Positions 61,818 to 64,000 of a DNA stretch of 64,000 nt are shown here, in pieces; the stretch's first letter is position 1, and each line of letters starts with the position of its first letter. The DNA comes from Malacoraja senta (taxonomy: Eukaryota). A program made the translations under genes and the position numbers. The stretch covers positions 1,428,001 through 1,492,000 of the forward strand of contig CM075995.1 in the NCBI GenBank assembly GCA_038087875.1, read 5' to 3'. The notes under the pieces were generated by a model. It was given only the letters and a program-made list of their open reading frames with translations, did not search any database and was not told where the DNA came from.

Positions 61818-62265
61818 CTTTAGTTTAAGTTTCAGGATACAGCCCGGAATTCAGGCCATTCAGCCCGCCGGGTCCGCGCCAACCAGCAATCACCCTGCAC
61901 ACTATCCCAAGCATGAGGGACAATTTACAATTTTCACAAGGTCAATTAACCTACAAATCTGTACGCCTTTGGAGTGTGGGAGGACAACCAGAGCACCTGG
62001 AGAAAACCCACGCAGGTCACGGGGAGATTGTAATCATGTCGGTTCAATTGTACGGTTCGATTGTAAACAAGTATTGTCTTTCCGCTGGCTGGATAGCAGG
62101 CAACGAAAGCTTTTCACTGCGCTTCGGTGCACGTGACAATAAAAAATAAAATAAACTAAACTAAAGAATGTACAAATTCCACACAGACAAGCACCCGTGG
62201 TCAGGATGGAACCCGCGTCTCTGGCGCTGTAATGCAGCAACTCTACTGCCGTGACACCGTGCCGC
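61818..62265 (-). mobile_element. V-SINE interrupted by a Rex1-like 3' tail (about 62027-62165)
   Basis: SINE halves flank gattgtaatcatg..gtgacaataaa. Confidence 0.78.
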
Positions 62266-62617
62266 CGAGCTCTCACATTTGCTTTCAACTTTGCTCTGGT
62301 AAACCGCCCTGGCAATGGCAAGTCTTACCAACTGGGAGAACAAGTTTGGTCTTGTTACTTTCAATTACTAAGAATTAAACTTGGCTAGAATTAAACCCTG
62401 CCCCAGTACAAACAATTGCAGCTTGTGTGGGTCACATTCTACCCTGGCTTATTTGAACATTTCAACCCATAAGCTCCACAACAATGTTAAGACAAATAGC
62501 ATCGTTAAGCAGCTTTTTATCAGTTTCAGCTGAGCATTCCGTTCATCCGTTTGCAAACAATAGCTCAGAACTGCTCTCTAGTTGTTGGAAGGATGGTTCA
62601 GTTGCCTGATAGTTTTG

Positions 62618-62628
62618 TTTATTATTAA

Positions 62629-62678
<50 letters not shown>

Positions 62679-62832
62679 TATATTTAATTTTATTATTATT
62701 ATTGTTATTATTATTATTATTATTTGTTTTATTATTTTTTTTAAATTATTATTTATTATTATTCTTTTTATTATTATTTTTATTTTTATTTTTATTTTAT
62801 TATTTTTTTTATTATTATTATTATTATTATGA

Positions 62833-62867
<35 letters not shown>

Positions 62868-62880
62868 TAAATTATTATTG
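62618..62880. repeat. (TTA)n-rich low-complexity microsatellite
   Basis: Direct inspection; adjoins a Rex1-like tail. Confidence 0.95.
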
Positions 62881-62954
62881 TCATGTGTACCAAGGCACAG
62901 TGAAAACCTTTTTATTGTTGTCCACAGTATACAGATACAGGATAGTTTGTGAGT

Positions 62955-63760
62955 TCATAAGTTATAGGAGCAGGATTAGGCCATTCGGCCCATCAAGTCT
63001 ACTCCGCCATTCCATCATGGCTGATCTATCTTTCCTTCTCAACCCCATTCTCCTGCCTTCTCCCCATAACCCCTGACACCCGTACCAATCAAGAATTTGT
63101 CAATCTTCGCCTTAAAAATATCCATTGACTTGGTCTCCACAACCGTCTGTGGTAATGAATTCCACAGATTCACCACCTTCTGACTAAAGAAATTCCTCCT
63201 CATCTCCTTTTTAAAGTACGTCCTTTTATTCTGAGGCTCTGGCCTTTAGTCCTAGACTCTCCCACTAGTGGAAACATCCAGGCCTATTCGATAAGTTTCA
63301 ATGTGGTCCCTCATCCTTCTAAACTCCCGCGAGTACAGGACAAGTGAAGTCAAACGCTCATCGTATGTATAAAGGGTATGACGTTTAGTGCAAGGTAACG
63401 CCCAGTAAAATCCAATTAAAGTTAATTTAAAGGTCTCCAATTAGGTAGATGGGAGGTCAGGAATGCTCTCTAGTTGGTGGGAGGACGATTCAGTTGCCTG
63501 ATAATAGCTGTGAAGAGTACACGGCAATGTTAGCAAGTTTGCAGATGATACAAAAGTGGGTGGTATTGCAGAAAACGAAGATGGTTGTGAAAAATTGCAG
63601 CAGGATCTTGATCGGTTGACCAGGTGGGCTGAGGAATGGTTGATGGAATTGAATACAGAGGAATGTGAGGTGTTACAATTTGGGACGTCTAACATGGGCA
63701 GGACCTACACAGTGAACGGTAGGGCTCTGAGGAGTGTTTTAGAGCAGAGGGATCCAATGA
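62955..63760. mobile_element. CR1 and Rex1 fragments
   Basis: CR1 3' end minus at 62955-63365; Rex1 tail minus at 63365-63512; CR1 RT piece plus at 63515-63757 ([19 protein letters not shown]). Confidence 0.8.
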
Positions 63761-64000
63761 GTTTTCGTTCAGTAAACTCACGAGTTTTCATCAGTTGAAG
63801 AGTGGGCAAATATGGTTAAAAGTTATCCTCAGAAACTCAATGTCGTAGTAATCCGGTGCAGGAATGATACAAACTCAAGGGTAAGTGACTGACTTGCAGG
63901 AAATTGACCCACTAAAGAAATTAGATCAAACACGAAAATGGGAACAGATTTTATAAAAAGATCAGGGAATTATAATATTCTGCATAGTGGAAGAGAGAAG

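Noticed and set aside
62582..63076. Tyr/Leu-rich membrane protein ORF
   Set aside because: Translation of a (TTA)n microsatellite plus repeat tails.

Overview
Eukaryotic, repeat-saturated, probably intronic or intergenic DNA. The repeat set (V-SINE/HE1-like SINEs sharing 3' ends with CR1/HER1-like LINEs, Penelope-like elements, Rex1, L1, L2, DIRS, hAT and PIF/Harbinger MITEs) points to a cartilaginous fish such as a skate or ray; this is inferred, not proven. I found no intact host gene, rRNA, true tRNA or CRISPR array, and the ORF track is almost all transposon debris. Main elements: a near full-length dead L1 (<1-7530, minus) interrupted by a 1.9 kb Harbinger-type element with unexplained internal cargo; a DIRS1-type tyrosine-recombinase retrotransposon with intact ITR/ICR architecture (21891-26680); a 200-N gap; a nested Rex1/CR1 complex (32012-36575); and a Penelope GIY-YIG endonuclease fragment. 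The most notable signals are about 25 copies of a minimal hammerhead-ribozyme motif, several sitting in 90-200 bp ORF-less units flanked by their own direct repeats, the possible cargo-carrying Harbinger element, and duplicated hairpins with a compensatory change in the DIRS leader. Coordinates were read by eye and may be off by a few bases; family names come from recognition, not database searches.
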